Assembly (NCBI RefSeq): GCF_009914755.1
Contig: NC_060927.1
Length of the DNA: 64,000 nucleotides
Direction: 5' to 3' (one strand)
Source of the DNA: the human T2T-CHM13v2.0 reference genome, Homo sapiens
Of this stretch, positions 40,608 to 54,754 are shown piece by piece (positions within the stretch are counted from its first letter, which is position 1; each line of letters begins with the position of its first letter). The translations under genes were made by a program, and so were the position numbers. Under the pieces are notes generated by a model. The model was not told the DNA's origin and searched no databases. It saw nothing but the letters and a program-made list of their open reading frames with translations.

Positions 40608-40755
40608 CTATCTTCCTCCCCCCAACAAGCATGTTTGCTAGGCATGTCAAGGCTGACATCCATCGGTGGCAGTATGAAACCTATGCCTACAGGCTGCTCC
40701 TGAGCATAGCCTCAAGGCTCTGCCATTGTCCGTAGAGTGCTCTAAGTTGTGCCCG
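40608..40755 (-). other. Candidate non-coding exon (strong donor, weak acceptor)
   Basis: Minus strand: gatttttag|CGGGCAC...GAAGATAG|gtgagt. Confidence 0.25.
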
Positions 40756-40912
40756 CTAAAAATCTTCATCATTCCATTTGACTGTTTGGTAGTATTTCTT
40801 TAATTGTATTTTTTGTTTGTTTGTTTTAAAAACACCCTTTATTTCCTGCTTGCCTTAGAGACACCAAGAATAAAATCCTTGACACATCAAATTCTGGAAC
40901 CTCACCACTCAC

Positions 40913-41040
40913 CAGGACTATGGTTCCTGATCCAAGGAGTGACGACTGAGAATCAGCACACAGTCTCTTGAGGGTGTCCAGGCCTGGCTGTTAAGCTCCC
41001 TGCTCTGATTAGTTTGTCGAGTTCACAGTGTTCCAGAGTG
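40913..41040 (-). other. Candidate 128-nt non-coding exon
   Basis: Minus strand: ccttccacctcccctccctaatttctgtgcttcag|CACTCTGG...AGTCCTG|gtgagt. Branch-like ctaat. Confidence 0.55.
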
Positions 41041-41673
41041 CTGAAGCACAGAAATTAGGGAGGGGAGGTGGAAGGAAAATCACTGGAGCCTCTTACGATC
41101 TAACTTCCACTAACTGGGAGGAAATGTCTTATAAATAAACAACAGTAAGAGAAACAAAAAAAAAAAAAACCCATCCCGTCCTGCCAGAGGAATGTACATT
41201 ATTGTCTCCCGACGGAAAACTTTACACCACACCAGAATGCAGCCATGTCTCCTGAAACTACCTCCCTCAAAACAGAAAGAAAAAGAGAATCAAAAAGGAA
41301 AGGAGAACAAAACAGAACAAAAAAGATTTCATCCCCTTGAATTCTGTTGGGAAGTTCATGTGAGTTCCCAGTAGACAAACTAAACTAAGCAATTTCAACA
41401 GTGTCACTGTTCCAGAATTTTGTGCAGAGGCTGCTTATTAGCCAAATTTCATTTCTGCCCAGATCACTGCTGTACCATCCAGACATTTTCAGAAGGGAAG
41501 TTCAGGGAAGGGGGGAAGGGTACGACTGTGGAGAAGAGGAAGAAGAGAGGACAAAGGAAAACTCCTGATGAACCAGAATGCCCTAGCCACGGCCATGATA
41601 GAGCGAGCCCCCACCCACCACCCGACTACTGCTTGTTGAGGACTTGGTGATGCGGTGTGTTTTATCTACTTAC

Positions 41674-42001
41674 TCTTTCTGCTCGGGAGGCTGAGGTTCC
41701 TACATTTCCAGCTCATGCTGGACTGTACCGTAAGCAACAAGTGAAATGAGTTCAGTGATCTCATTCTAGTCCTTCGACTCCTGTCCACATCACTAAGCGA
41801 CTGCACAGCTTGGCACAGGCCAGGATGAGTCAGCAGTCTCTGGTCATGAGAGGCCAGGCCTGGAATAGCAGGGGGGTTTAGGTCAGGAGCAAAATGAAGC
41901 AGAAAGGCAGTCTAGATGGCAGGGCTCTGTTCTGCAATACACAGAAATACTGCAGGTCAAAATGAAAGCGCCTCATCAGCTCTGGGGTGAAGATTGTAGG
42001 A
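41674..42001 (-). other. Candidate exon with alternative acceptors (or alternative first exon)
   Basis: Minus strand: ttttctcttgatgcttctttttttacag|TCCTAC...CAGAAAGA|gtaagt. Internal acceptors gtattgcag| (41931) and ctattccag| (41859). Confidence 0.5.
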
Positions 42002-43039
42002 CTGTAAAAAAAGAAGCATCAAGAGAAAAAAAAAAGCTGCCTACCAAACATAGCAAGGACAAAACAGAGTACCACAGTCAGAAAAAGAGGGCACTGGTAG
42101 AGCCCTGGAGGATAAAAGATGCTCATTAAGGTTTCTGAAATGTCTTTTCTTCCACATGCTCCCAAACTTGAATTAAGAAATGGTGACTTCCTATATACTA
42201 TCCTAGTATTTTGGTACTGTTTTCCCAATTCAGTAAGTAGCAAAACAAATAAAATGCAAGGCACTGCAGTTAAATAGCAAGAAAAGCCTCATATTTCATA
42301 AAATAATATGAGTCTGATATCTCAAAGGTGTACATTTGGGTTAATAGTGTCTGTATATAGCCTGTATGAAATGGTTAAAGAGGAGTACTCTTTAAGTTGA
42401 GCTTGGGTGGGGGTAGAGAAGAGCTTAGAGAAAAGAGAGTTACCAGTTAATGATAAAACATAGGGGAACTATGACACTGTGACCATATTTCTACTCAATG
42501 GGGCCAACATAGACCTCCATTAGACCTCCATCAAGAAGTGATGCTCCCACTAACAGGACTTCAAACACTTCTCCCTCTGCAGTAGTACTGTAATATAGCA
42601 AGGGGAGAGGGAAAATAAAATAGATAGAAAAACAAGGTTCAACATAAAAAAAATTAGTGATAGACATTTTGTTTCAGAGGAGGCAAATTGCTCTATAAGT
42701 CAACTGATAAAAAAAAGTCTTGGTATCTGAACAGACTTAGAGAAACCATATCTAGATGAAGATGCCAGGTGGAGACTGATAACTATCAGGAAATGGTAGT
42801 AATGGCCATAAAGAAGGAAGAAAGCAATCTCAAGTCACATGATGTAGAATAAAACAGCATGGAAAACAGAAGGAGAGCAACAGACTTCGGGAACACGAGT
42901 AAAATATTTCTTTAAAGTCCTTTTAAGAGGAGTAATGAGGACCCACCACATATTCCTAAATGTTGTCCCTCAGAGATGCACAGATGTATATGGGTAAGGA
43001 AATGTAAAATAAACTTTCAGCTTTCATTTCAGAGGGTAT

Positions 43040-43240
43040 TAAGTCATCTGAACACATATTTACTAACTGTTTAATCTTGGGCAAATGAGCTTTCTAGCCT
43101 CAGTTTCTCTCTCTTTGAAATGGAAATAATATTATCATCCTCATGGAATCATTGTAAGCACTGAATCAATGTTCATTAACCCTTATCTCAGCAGTACCTG
43201 TCACATGGTGAACATTCAGTAAATTGCTTATTATTCATAT
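43040..43240 (+). mobile_element. MIR SINE
   Basis: tcttgggcaaatg...gcctcagtttctctctctttgaaatggaaataat...cacatggtgaacattcagtaaat. Confidence 0.8.
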
Positions 43241-44689
43241 TATTTGATTATCATATCATATCATCTTTATAAGTATCCAGTGAAAGAATCCCCCTCCAGT
43301 GTTGTTCCACTGGATTGAGAGGAATCAATATGAAGACTCTAGTAAAATCAGTTGAGTAACACTGCTTACACTGCTGCTTTAAAAAGATTATTTCTGTCTG
43401 GGTATGTTAAACATTATACTTGAAGACACAGGATGTTGAAAATCTATTATGTGAAATCCTTGAATTTGGGTATCTATGTTGTCAAAGCAACTTGGAGCCT
43501 AACAGTTGTCCAGTAACTAGAGGCCCAAAAAAGAAAAGAGGAATTTTTAGAAGCTTCTCCAAAAGCAACAGGATAAAAGTGTTATTGGCCTTAACCGCAT
43601 GATGAGGGCTTTTTACCAAAGGGGAAAACGTAGTCCAGTTGATCATCGCAGCCTAATTGATTAATTGTGGGTCTGACCATCTGGCTGATGAATGCTGACA
43701 CCCAGCAGTGATTACTGTGTAACACAATTCCGGATGTGCTCTCCCTGATGCCTCCCACAATAATGGCAACTCTGAACTTAAGGTTAGTTTATTCAGGCCT
43801 CTTGGCTCAATCTCTTCATGGAATAGTGGTTGTGGCAGGGAATATTTTACTAGACCTGGTCAAGCATTATCTTCTCTTATTTCAGTTACCCACTCTTTTC
43901 CAACTCTACTCCTACCCACTCCTAAGCCCTCTCTTGTATATAATCACTTTTCATGCAAAGCATTCCATCTGTAGTTTTCATCATATTATCTGATTCTCTC
44001 ATTTCTGGTTGCTCTGTTCTGAAAAATATTTGACTAAACTAGGAGATCTATACTGCTAGAATGCCATTTCACAGGGGATCCTATTGGGACATGTTTATTG
44101 TATCTTATTTGCTACTGGTTTACTTCAAATTACTCTGCGCTTCCAAATAAAGAAAATTATTTTACCTAATTCATTAGCCTGATTAAAAGTCCCACATATG
44201 GCCCAAGTTTTCCATGAGATTATCAGAATACAAGGGTTAATAGACGATAATTCTTACATCTTAAGCCTACTTCTGACCCTCAGTTAGGAGTATCCCATGA
44301 AGAAGATTCCCCTGGAGCATACTTTACTGTTAGAGAAGGAAAGTCAGACCCATGTAAATGACAAGGTTCAATAGCAATGCCATCCACAAACCAATCTACA
44401 CCTGGAGATGACTTGTACATGGAGAATTCACCAAGCAAATAAAACCTGTACATATAAATATAAACCCTGGGGAATTATAACAAAATAATTCCATTGTATT
44501 TTGTAGGAATGCACAGGGGAGTAACTGACACAAAATATCTTATACAACCTTGACCAACAAGTCACAATGACAAATCATCCGTTTCCTCTTTTCTTTTCCC
44601 AGATTGATTTCCAGCTCTAAATTCATCTTTTCTTTCACTCCCCACAGATGCTGAATTCTTCTATGTTCCAGGCTGAGTTAGTGTTAATT

Positions 44690-44900
44690 TTCAGTAGAGG
44701 ACGGCAGTAGCATGCTGAACTGTAGAGTTCCGGGCTGGGAGTTGGGAAATGTTTTTGGCCTGACTGTCAGTAAACAACTATGTGTCTTGGGCAAGTCAAG
44801 TCCCTTAACTCCCCATGTCTCAGTCTCTTCATTGAAAAATGATAGGGTAGGACTGCATAAACTCCATAGTCTCTGCCAACACTAAGATTCTATGGTTCTA
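44690..44900 (+). mobile_element. MIR3/MIRc SINE
   Basis: tgtgtcttgggcaagtca...tctcagtctcttcattgaaaaatga...ctaagattctatggttcta. Confidence 0.8.
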
Positions 44901-45894
44901 TAGCTCATTTCCTTTTTTTTCTCCCTTTGGCATCAACTGCTCAACAACTCCGCTCATAGTAATCTCTATGCTCTCAGTTACTAATGGAAAAATATGTCCT
45001 TCATTTACTAGTTGGTATTTTGTATTTGTAATCTCTCTCTTTTTTTATTTGATGCTAGATATTTTGAGTCATAAACACCAACATATCCAAATAGATGCTT
45101 TAAATTTGAAGGCGTTTAAGGAAAATAGCTTTCCCATGTAGAATATTTAGTGTAGCAGGGCATGGAGGAAGCCAGCCATCCAAAAGTGGAGCAAAGGGGC
45201 CAATTCACAAATGAGAGAAAGCCTTTCATAATAAGAGTCTCCACACTCTTTAACTTAGATAAAGCTAAAATGCTACCAACTTCTAACTACTTTTCCAATC
45301 AATCCCAGACACCATCACAGACACTTAGGACTACAAATCTGAGGACCAGCACTGGCAGCAATGCAGTTCTTATTTCACCTCCACCACCCATTGCCAAGCA
45401 GGATTTAGGATGGCATACTAATAAGAGCCAAGAGGACGATCTGTCATTTATTTTCCTCCAAACTTTTTGAAATTTCCCATTTGGGCTCTGTTTCCCAGTT
45501 TTAATTTGGTAACTGCCATTTTTCAGCATTTCTTTTAACAGGTTACTAATAATTTCTGATACAGGATCTCATATTTCATTTTATGCTGCTAGAGCTGCTG
45601 TTAATATTTCATCTGCCTTCAATTCAGCTCTGAATAAAGGCTGCTAGGTTTTGATAGACTGTTAACACTTTGGTTCTGGGGATTTGATCACTATGTTCAT
45701 CCAGTTTGTCCATATTTTGTTAAAAAAAAAGTAATAGGTTAGCTATCTCAGAAATATCTCAGGGTGTGCTATACATTCTAGGGATACTTCAGAGTTTCTT
45801 TTTCTGGATCTTTGATGAAAACCAACAAAAACAAGTATCCTGGGTTTGTTTTCACAAATGACTTGCCATTTGCTTCAGTGTCAGTATTCTGGAA

Positions 45895-46135
45895 GCAGTG
45901 GGCAGTGGTTAAGATTCAGGGCTCATAGGCAGATCTAGATTCAAATTTTGGCTCTGAAATTTATTATATATATCACCTCAGGCCAGTTCCTTAACCTTGC
46001 CAAGTCTTTCTTTTCCCATTTGTAAAATAGGGATGATAATAATATCCACTTCTATTAATTAATATGAGGATCCAATAAATTAATATAAAGTGCTGAGGAT
46101 TTTCTCAGTTCTCAATAAATGATGGCTATCATTAT
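45895..46135 (+). mobile_element. MIR (MIRb-like) SINE
   Basis: gcagtggttaaga...gattcaaattttggctctg...catttgtaaaatagggatgataata...ctcaataaatgatggctat. Confidence 0.85.
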
Positions 46136-46524
46136 CCTAGCATTAATAATCTACAAATTCACATTATAGAATTATTATTTTGCAACATCTTTTCAGGGTC
46201 AACAAATTATTTTTTAGTACAGCCTTTGTTGTTTGCTTCACTATAGCTTACATTTTTAAAAAGTCTCAGTAAAATCATGTAAAATATTTAAAAATTTGAT
46301 ATTTAAACTGTATGTACAGTTAGACTAATATATAGCACCATATTATTATTATTGTAGCACTTTTCAGTGCAGCAGCAAATTCTCAAAAGTTTTTGTCCAT
46401 CTAATAGCCAGCCCTAGATAAGGCACATTGTACCAATACTAATCTGTTCTATAAAAAGATGACTTATCATATTTATCTTCTCCTACTCCCAAAGAATATA
46501 GATTATTTTAATATTCTTTGGGTA

Positions 46525-47652
<1,128 letters not shown>

Positions 47653-48137
47653 GATATTATTATTTGCTCACACACTTCATGAAATAACTCACATTAGAGA
47701 TTATAATCCAGTATTTTCAACTGATTGCACTACTGTTCACATTTACTAATAAACCAACTCCCTTTGCATAGTTAAGCAAATACTGTCAGAATTAAGAAAA
47801 ATAAGAGGCCAGTAGATAAATACCTATAATAGAATATTTTAAAGTGACAGTACTAGTATATGTACATAACCTTTTCCCCCAAGTGCTGCCCACATACATT
47901 TTAATTACATGTTTATAATTTACTTAAGAAAAAAATATACAGAAGTACTAAGCTATTGACCTAAATGTATGCATCAGTGATCTCACACCAGAATCTCAAC
48001 TAAGTGGGTATTCAGAAGAGTCATTACAAACAACCAAAAGCTTTGAGAGAGGTAAAAATTGCCTCGATTATCATTTTTCCTTTCTCTTTCCTTTTCTTTT
48101 TAATTAACTCTAGAACTCATATTTGCTTCTTCTATGA

Positions 48138-48490
<353 letters not shown>

Positions 48491-50359
48491 AAAATATAGG
48501 TTACTGTTTTTCAGAAAAATACATATTTAGAAATTTTTTCTTATGATTCTGGTCCTATATTGTTCTACTCTTAATATTAAATAGAGAAGCATCAATAAAT
48601 GACCAATTTGGTAAACTATGATACTGTGATCATTGTTAGAACTAGTTTTACATATGGGGAGAGAGTATATTCCAAAATACCTCCCCTACTTTTGCCTAAT
48701 TCCCTTAAGAAGGGAACAGGTGCTTTTGCTGTATAATTACAGGTAGAGTTTAAAACCACAAACACCTGACATTAGCAAGGAGCGTGGTTGTGAGAGGCTG
48801 AGAGCAGAAAAGCTAATTGGGTGAGGAGAGTCCTGTAGAGAGTAGACTATACTGAGGTCAGGACCACAGAACATCTTTCTCACCATTCATCCGTTTTTAC
48901 CTATGTCTGGCCATCAGCACTATCTGTTCTCACTATTATGGAAGGGGTCTACTTGTTACCTCACAGTTGTGTTTTCTTAAAGCCAGTGGTATCCAGCAAA
49001 GCAAGCCATGTTGGGTTGTCTCACAATCACACTGTAGGCATCTCTGCCAGCTGCAGGTGGTTATCCTTATGATTTCCTTTTGTTTGTGCTATGCGTGAGT
49101 ACTGAGGATAAATTTAATGACCCTATGTTTAGTTCTCTCCTCCAACACACATGCACACCCCCCTCTCCCCTGCAATTCCTGAGTTCAAAAAGAGATGAAG
49201 ACAAAGGAATGTCATAAGTCCGTGTGATTCAGGCAGGCAAGTCCATTTTATTTTAGTTTGCCCTTCTGTTCTGCTGGCTTTTCTGCTATGACCCACTATA
49301 CTTAACCTGTCGGCTGTTCTTAGTAGCAACATGCCTTTTTAATCAGCCTTCCTGGGGTCTGCATTTGATTACAGCATTTGTGTTCTATTTTGATTCTTTT
49401 GTACTGTGCCCTGTGGTGTTCGCTTGAAAGGTGTTATTTATAAAATGAAATTCTATTGTATTGCCACTTGGATTCAAAGAGGACATATAATATTAATGCA
49501 GAATGTATTTAATAATATCTTCAATCTATTAAATCAATTTCTTCATGAGAATACAGAATGGAAGGGAGGCACATGGGCTGATAATCAGGTAATAAGACTT
49601 AAGAATCACCTGAACTTTTCCTTCACAAGCTTTCCTGAAAGCTGGCACAAGAATCATTCTCTTAATGTCAGGGTTTCCAAGTGGAGGAGACTACCTTTCT
49701 TCAGCCAGACCAGTGCAGTGCGCACCTGTTTAAACATTCAACTGTGCAGGCCAAACATTTTCCTAGGCTTTTAGATGCAAATTTTTTGACTAAGGAAACT
49801 ATGAGACCAAACATGAATATGACTTTTTTACTACATAGAAAGAATTAGGTTATGAAGGAAATGTAATCACCTATTTCTAAGGATCTACTTTCAAGATTTG
49901 TAAAAAGAAGTATATTTGTTCTCACACTGACTCTTCTCAAAAGCAGGATAGGAAAATTCTAGTGATACCAAGAACTGATGCAAAGTTTCCAAGGTGGCAT
50001 GTTCAGAATGATGTTCTCACCTAGCAAAAGGGCAGGTTTCATTGTGGGCTGCTGGGCCTACAGTCAAATGTTTCTAGATTAGATTGATGGAGGAGTCCCC
50101 AAGTTTTTTCAACTTCTAATTTTAATTCCAGCTAAAGACTGAAACATTGTACACTGTATCACAGCTTGCACAGCACATTTCTTGCTGCATACATTCTATT
50201 CTTTCACTACAATTTTTTTTTCCTGTTGATCTATCTGAAATCATCAATGGCTATGCTGCTGTTTGGATAGGGAATAAGAAAGAATTTGGTTTGAAAGATG
50301 ATTTAGGAATCAGGCTCTGCAGAACTTACTAAAAGAAACTGTAACATACAAAGGAACCT

Positions 50360-50570
50360 GGCTGGGCAGTCTTGAAATGAGAGTTCCTGGATTTTTACCT
50401 GTTCTCATTCAGTGGCATATTATATAACTCCAGAAAAATCAGGGTCCAGTTTTCTAATCACTAAAAGGGGAATAACTGTCCTTTTCTACTTGCACTGGGC
50501 TACTTTAGGGATGGATAAGAAAATGATTCCAGAATCTTGTAAATGCTTTGCAATGAAGAGGAAATACAAA
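50360..50570 (+). mobile_element. MIR fragment
   Basis: ccagttttctaatcactaaaaggggaataac...gtaaatgctttg. Confidence 0.55.
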
Positions 50571-50889
50571 TGCACAATATTATTAAAATGATAGTTTAGG
50601 CCACATTTTTGTTTCTCCAAATCTAGAGATGAAAAATAGTAACAAAGGAATAAATTTCTTCCACTTCAAAAATAAATAATATACCCTTATTTATAAATGA
50701 CATGTCAAACATAAGGAACTAGGATGTGTTGGGGAATACACATCTCAGTTTTGAAGGCATCAAATTATAAGCTATTTGCATGAAGGAATCACATTCATCT
50801 CTGTATCCACCCAAGTTCTACCTCATTGATTTACATTATGTAAGTATTCCATTCGTTAACATATGTTGAATTGAAATGACAAATGAGAT

Positions 50890-50990
50890 CGCACAATTTT
50901 AGAGCTCGAATTAACTAGAGACCATGTTAAATCCTGTTGCCTCATTTTGCAGATGATACAACTGAGGCCCAGATAAGTAACTTAACTAAG
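50890..50990 (-). mobile_element. MIR3-like fragment
   Basis: cctcattttgcagatgatacaactgaggcccaga core. Confidence 0.7.
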
Positions 50991-51310
50991 TCCAATACTA
51001 AAAATATTACAAGTTTTAGAAGAGTTATTTTAAAGATCTGCCACTGAAAATATATCACTGAATTAAAACAAAATAGACATTCTTCTGTCAAAATAAGAAG
51101 CACTATTCAGCTCAAATAATCCGATGTATCCTAACCTAATCAAGAAGGCTGAAGCCTAAAGTAACAAGTAAACATAATTAAATAGCTATAGACCCATAGG
51201 CATGTTAGAAATGCCAAGTTACTGAGGGGTGCATATCTTAATACTTTGTCTATCAGCCAGTCCAAATGGCATATTTTTTTCAAGTAAAATTAATGTCTTA
51301 ACAAATAATA

Positions 51311-53950
51311 GGGGTGAAGTCAGCAAGATGGCAGAGTGGAAAACTCTACCTCTCATTCTTCCACAGAAATACTGATAAAACAATGTTGGAACCAAAATAC
51401 CTTGCAAATATATTCAGATTGTAGCTAAGAAATAGAGGCACCCTAGAGGATCCCAAACTAAAAGCAGTTGCATTTGCATGGGTAAAAAGTGCAATTTCAT
51501 GTTAGAATGTCATATCAGTACTTCCCCCAGACTGGCTTAGCTCAACACTGAGAGGACTGCTTCAGCTCATGATTTCTCCTGTGCCACAGAAAGTGAGATT
51601 GGAGTGTGTATCTGGCTTCCTGGCCTCTGGCCTCTCAGAGAACCCTCTGTTGGGTCAGTTCCTATATTGCCTCATACTGTGTACTGACGCACCTGTAGAA
51701 CTTCGTTCCCAGGGATGCGTAGGAGCAAAGAAATGAGGAGGGCAACTCCTTACAGTTAGAGCTGCCTTGCAAGATTAGGAATGGGGCAGAACTGAGGTTA
51801 TTCTTAGATGAGGGAGGAAAGGGAATGAAGGGGGCCTTATTCTCAGCATTTCAGAGTTCCCTCTGTGAAGCCAGTTTCCATTTCACCTTGTACTGAGCCT
51901 TGTGCGACCATTAGAACTTGGTTCTGAGGGATAGTTAGCAAAAACTAAAAGGAGCAGGCATCCCTTTGCAGCTGGCACTGCTCTGTATAATAAGAAAAAA
52001 ACATAGAACCGAGCCTTTTCCTTGAGAAGGCAAGGAAAGAAGTGTAAAGGGCCTTGCCCCCAGTCTTAGATTGTGCTCCCCAAGGTGTATGTCTCTATCT
52101 TGTCTCATATTAAGCACCATGAACTGGTAAAGGTCTCTACTCATCAAAACTCATCTGTAGAGACTGGGAAAGGTAGCTGCTACTTCAAATATACAGATCA
52201 CAAAGAAAATCTACAAGGAACACAAAGAGTCATCTCCAATAACCATCCTGAAAGAAACAGAGATCCCTGAATTAACTGACAAAGAATGCAAAATAAATGT
52301 CTTAAAGAAGCCCAGTGAGTTACAAGAGAACACTGAGAGATAGCTAAATAAAATTAGGAAAAAGATACAAGAACAAAATGAGAAGTTAAATAAAGAGATA
52401 GAGACTATTAAAAAGAACCCAATAGAATTACTGAAGCTGGAGAATACAAAAATTGAACTGAAAGATTCACTAGAGGAGTTCAAAAGCAGACCTAATCAAG
52501 CAGAAGAAAGAAACAGTGAACATAAAGACAGATCATTTGAAATTATGTAGTCAGGAGCACAAAGAAAAAACAAGGATGAAAAGTGAGGAAAGCCTAAGTG
52601 ACTTATGGGACTCAAACAAGTGAATCAATAAACACATTAGGGAATTCTGGGGAGAAGAGAGGGAAAGGGGTAGAAAGCCTATTTAAAGAAATAATGGTAA
52701 GGAACTTCCCAAATCAGGGGAGAGAAATCAACATCCAGATTCATGAAGTCCAAAGAGCTCCAAAGATCTACACCAAGACCCATTATAATCCAATTGTCAA
52801 AAGTCAAAGACAGAATTTTGAGAGAAACAAGAGCGAAGCAACTCATCACATTCAAAGGAGTCCCCATAAGACTGTCAGCAAATTTCTCAGCAGAATCCTC
52901 ACAGGCAAAGAGAGAGTAAGATGACATATTCAAAGTACTGAAGATCAAAAAACAACAACAACCTGTCAACCAAGAACGCTATACTCAGAAAAGCCATCCT
53001 TCAATAATAAAGAAGAGGTAAAGACTTTCCTAGACAAACATGCAGAGGGGTGTTCACCATCACTGTACCTGCTTTGCATGAAATGCTACAGAAAGTTCTT
53101 TAAGCTGAAATGAAAGGATGTTGATTAGCAGCATGAAAAGATGAAAGTATAAAACTTGCCAATAAAGTCAAGTATATAGTCAAATACTAGAGACCTCTAG
53201 TACTCTAATGATAGTGTGTAAATCACTTTCAACTCTGGTATAAACATTAAAAGACAAAACTATAAAAGTAATGACATGATTTGTTAATGGATACACAGTA
53301 TAAAAAGACGTAAATTGTGACACCAATAACATGAAGTGTGTATATAGGAGAAGTAAAAGAGTAGAGATTTTGTATGTGATCAAATTTAAGTTGCTATCAG
53401 CTTAAAATAGATGATTATAAGTTGTTTTATGGAAGCCTCATGGTAAATACAAGAAAAACACCTGTAGTAGATATATAAAACATAAAGAGAAAGGAATCAA
53501 AGCATATTGCTACAAAAGATAATCAAATCACAAAAAAAGACAGCAACAGAGGGACAAAGGAACTACAAAACAACCAGACAATAATTTAAAAATGGCAGTA
53601 ATAAGTTCTCACCTATTAATAATTAAGTGTAAATGGATTAGCTTCCCCAATCAAAAGATACAAACTGGCTGAAGAGATTAAGAGGAAGACTATCCATATG
53701 CTGTTAAAACAGCAACAACAACAACAACAAAAAACAACAACAACAACACACTTTAGCTTTAGGGACAAACATAGACTCAAAGTAAAAGGTGGGAAAAATA
53801 TATTCCAAGCAAACGATAACCAAAAGCTAGTAAGAGTGGCTATTCTTATATCATACAAAATAGACTTTCAGCCAAAAATTGTCACAAGAGACAGAGAGAA
53901 GGTCATTATATAACAAGAAAGTGATTAATTCATTAAAATGATATAATAAT
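51311..53950 (+). mobile_element. Ancient L1M 5' portion: 5'UTR, decayed ORF1, start of ORF2 endonuclease
   Basis: Begins ggggtgaagtcagcaagatggc. ORF1-like translations (GVESLFKEIMVRNFPN, EINIQIHEVQRAP). ORF2-EN-like (THFSFRDKHRLKVKG.KNIFQANDNQK..VAILISYKIDF). Many frameshifts and stops, and a (CAA)n insert at ~53710-53748. Confidence 0.93.
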
Positions 53951-54754
53951 CCCCTTGATTAGGATCCTTTTGATTGGAATCCTCTTGACTGGAGTAGAAC
54001 AAAAACTGAATAATTGTAAACTATTATTATGAAGTAGAGATCTCCAATACACTACTTTTTATTTTTCCAAAGCTTTCCTGGAGATCACAGAGAACTGAAC
54101 ATGGAGAAAAAGTGAGCAAGAGACAGCAGTAGGCTTTATGCCTTAAATGGCTGTATAGCTTGTTAAAGATTATTGTTTGTGTATTAAAAAAACATGATTC
54201 TAGAAACATAATTGGGGTTTCACAGATCAAATTCAAATTATTAACTTAGTATTTCAGCCTCCATTACTTGCTCTATCTTGCTTAGGCATCCTAGGTTCCA
54301 GTACTTCCCAACAAGTGTTCTGTGGTGTATGCAGACTATGTTAGTGTTTCCCTTTATTTTGGTATTTCCACAGGAGACCTAATTTTAAATTTTCTGTTCT
54401 ATCATCTCCATGATTTCTTAAATTATGTCTAGACTTCTGGATTAGAATATTATTCATGTACTTACTATGATTCAATAAACATCTTCTATGTGTGAGACAG
54501 TAGGAATAAGATACAAATAAGACTTATTTCCTATCTTCAAAGAATAAAGGAATTCACAATACAGTGGCCACTTAAATATATAACATGTGTTCCTGCTTTT
54601 AAGCTTTTATTCTTTCTATAATTAGAGTATCCTATCATTATTTTATTGATTGAATTCCTTTAATTATCTTATAGTCCAGCTTATGTTCTGCTTCTTCCAT
54701 AAATTAATTTTTACTTTTTATAGCCCACACTGTTTCCTTTTCCCCCCACTATTA

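Noticed and set aside
43597-43752. Two tandem C/D-box snoRNA-like motif pairs (ATGATGA...CTGA; CTGATGA...CTGA)
   Set aside because: No convincing terminal stems, no recognised guide sequence, and on the strand opposite to the inferred host. snoscan or Rfam could overturn this.
49406-49774. 122-aa ORF (and 121-aa ORF at 56097-56462)
   Set aside because: No homology recognised and no supporting exon structure.
52211-53913. ORFs with L1 ORF1/ORF2 similarity, including a poly-Q/poly-T stretch
   Set aside because: Frameshifted L1 relics. The Q/T run is a (CAA)n microsatellite.
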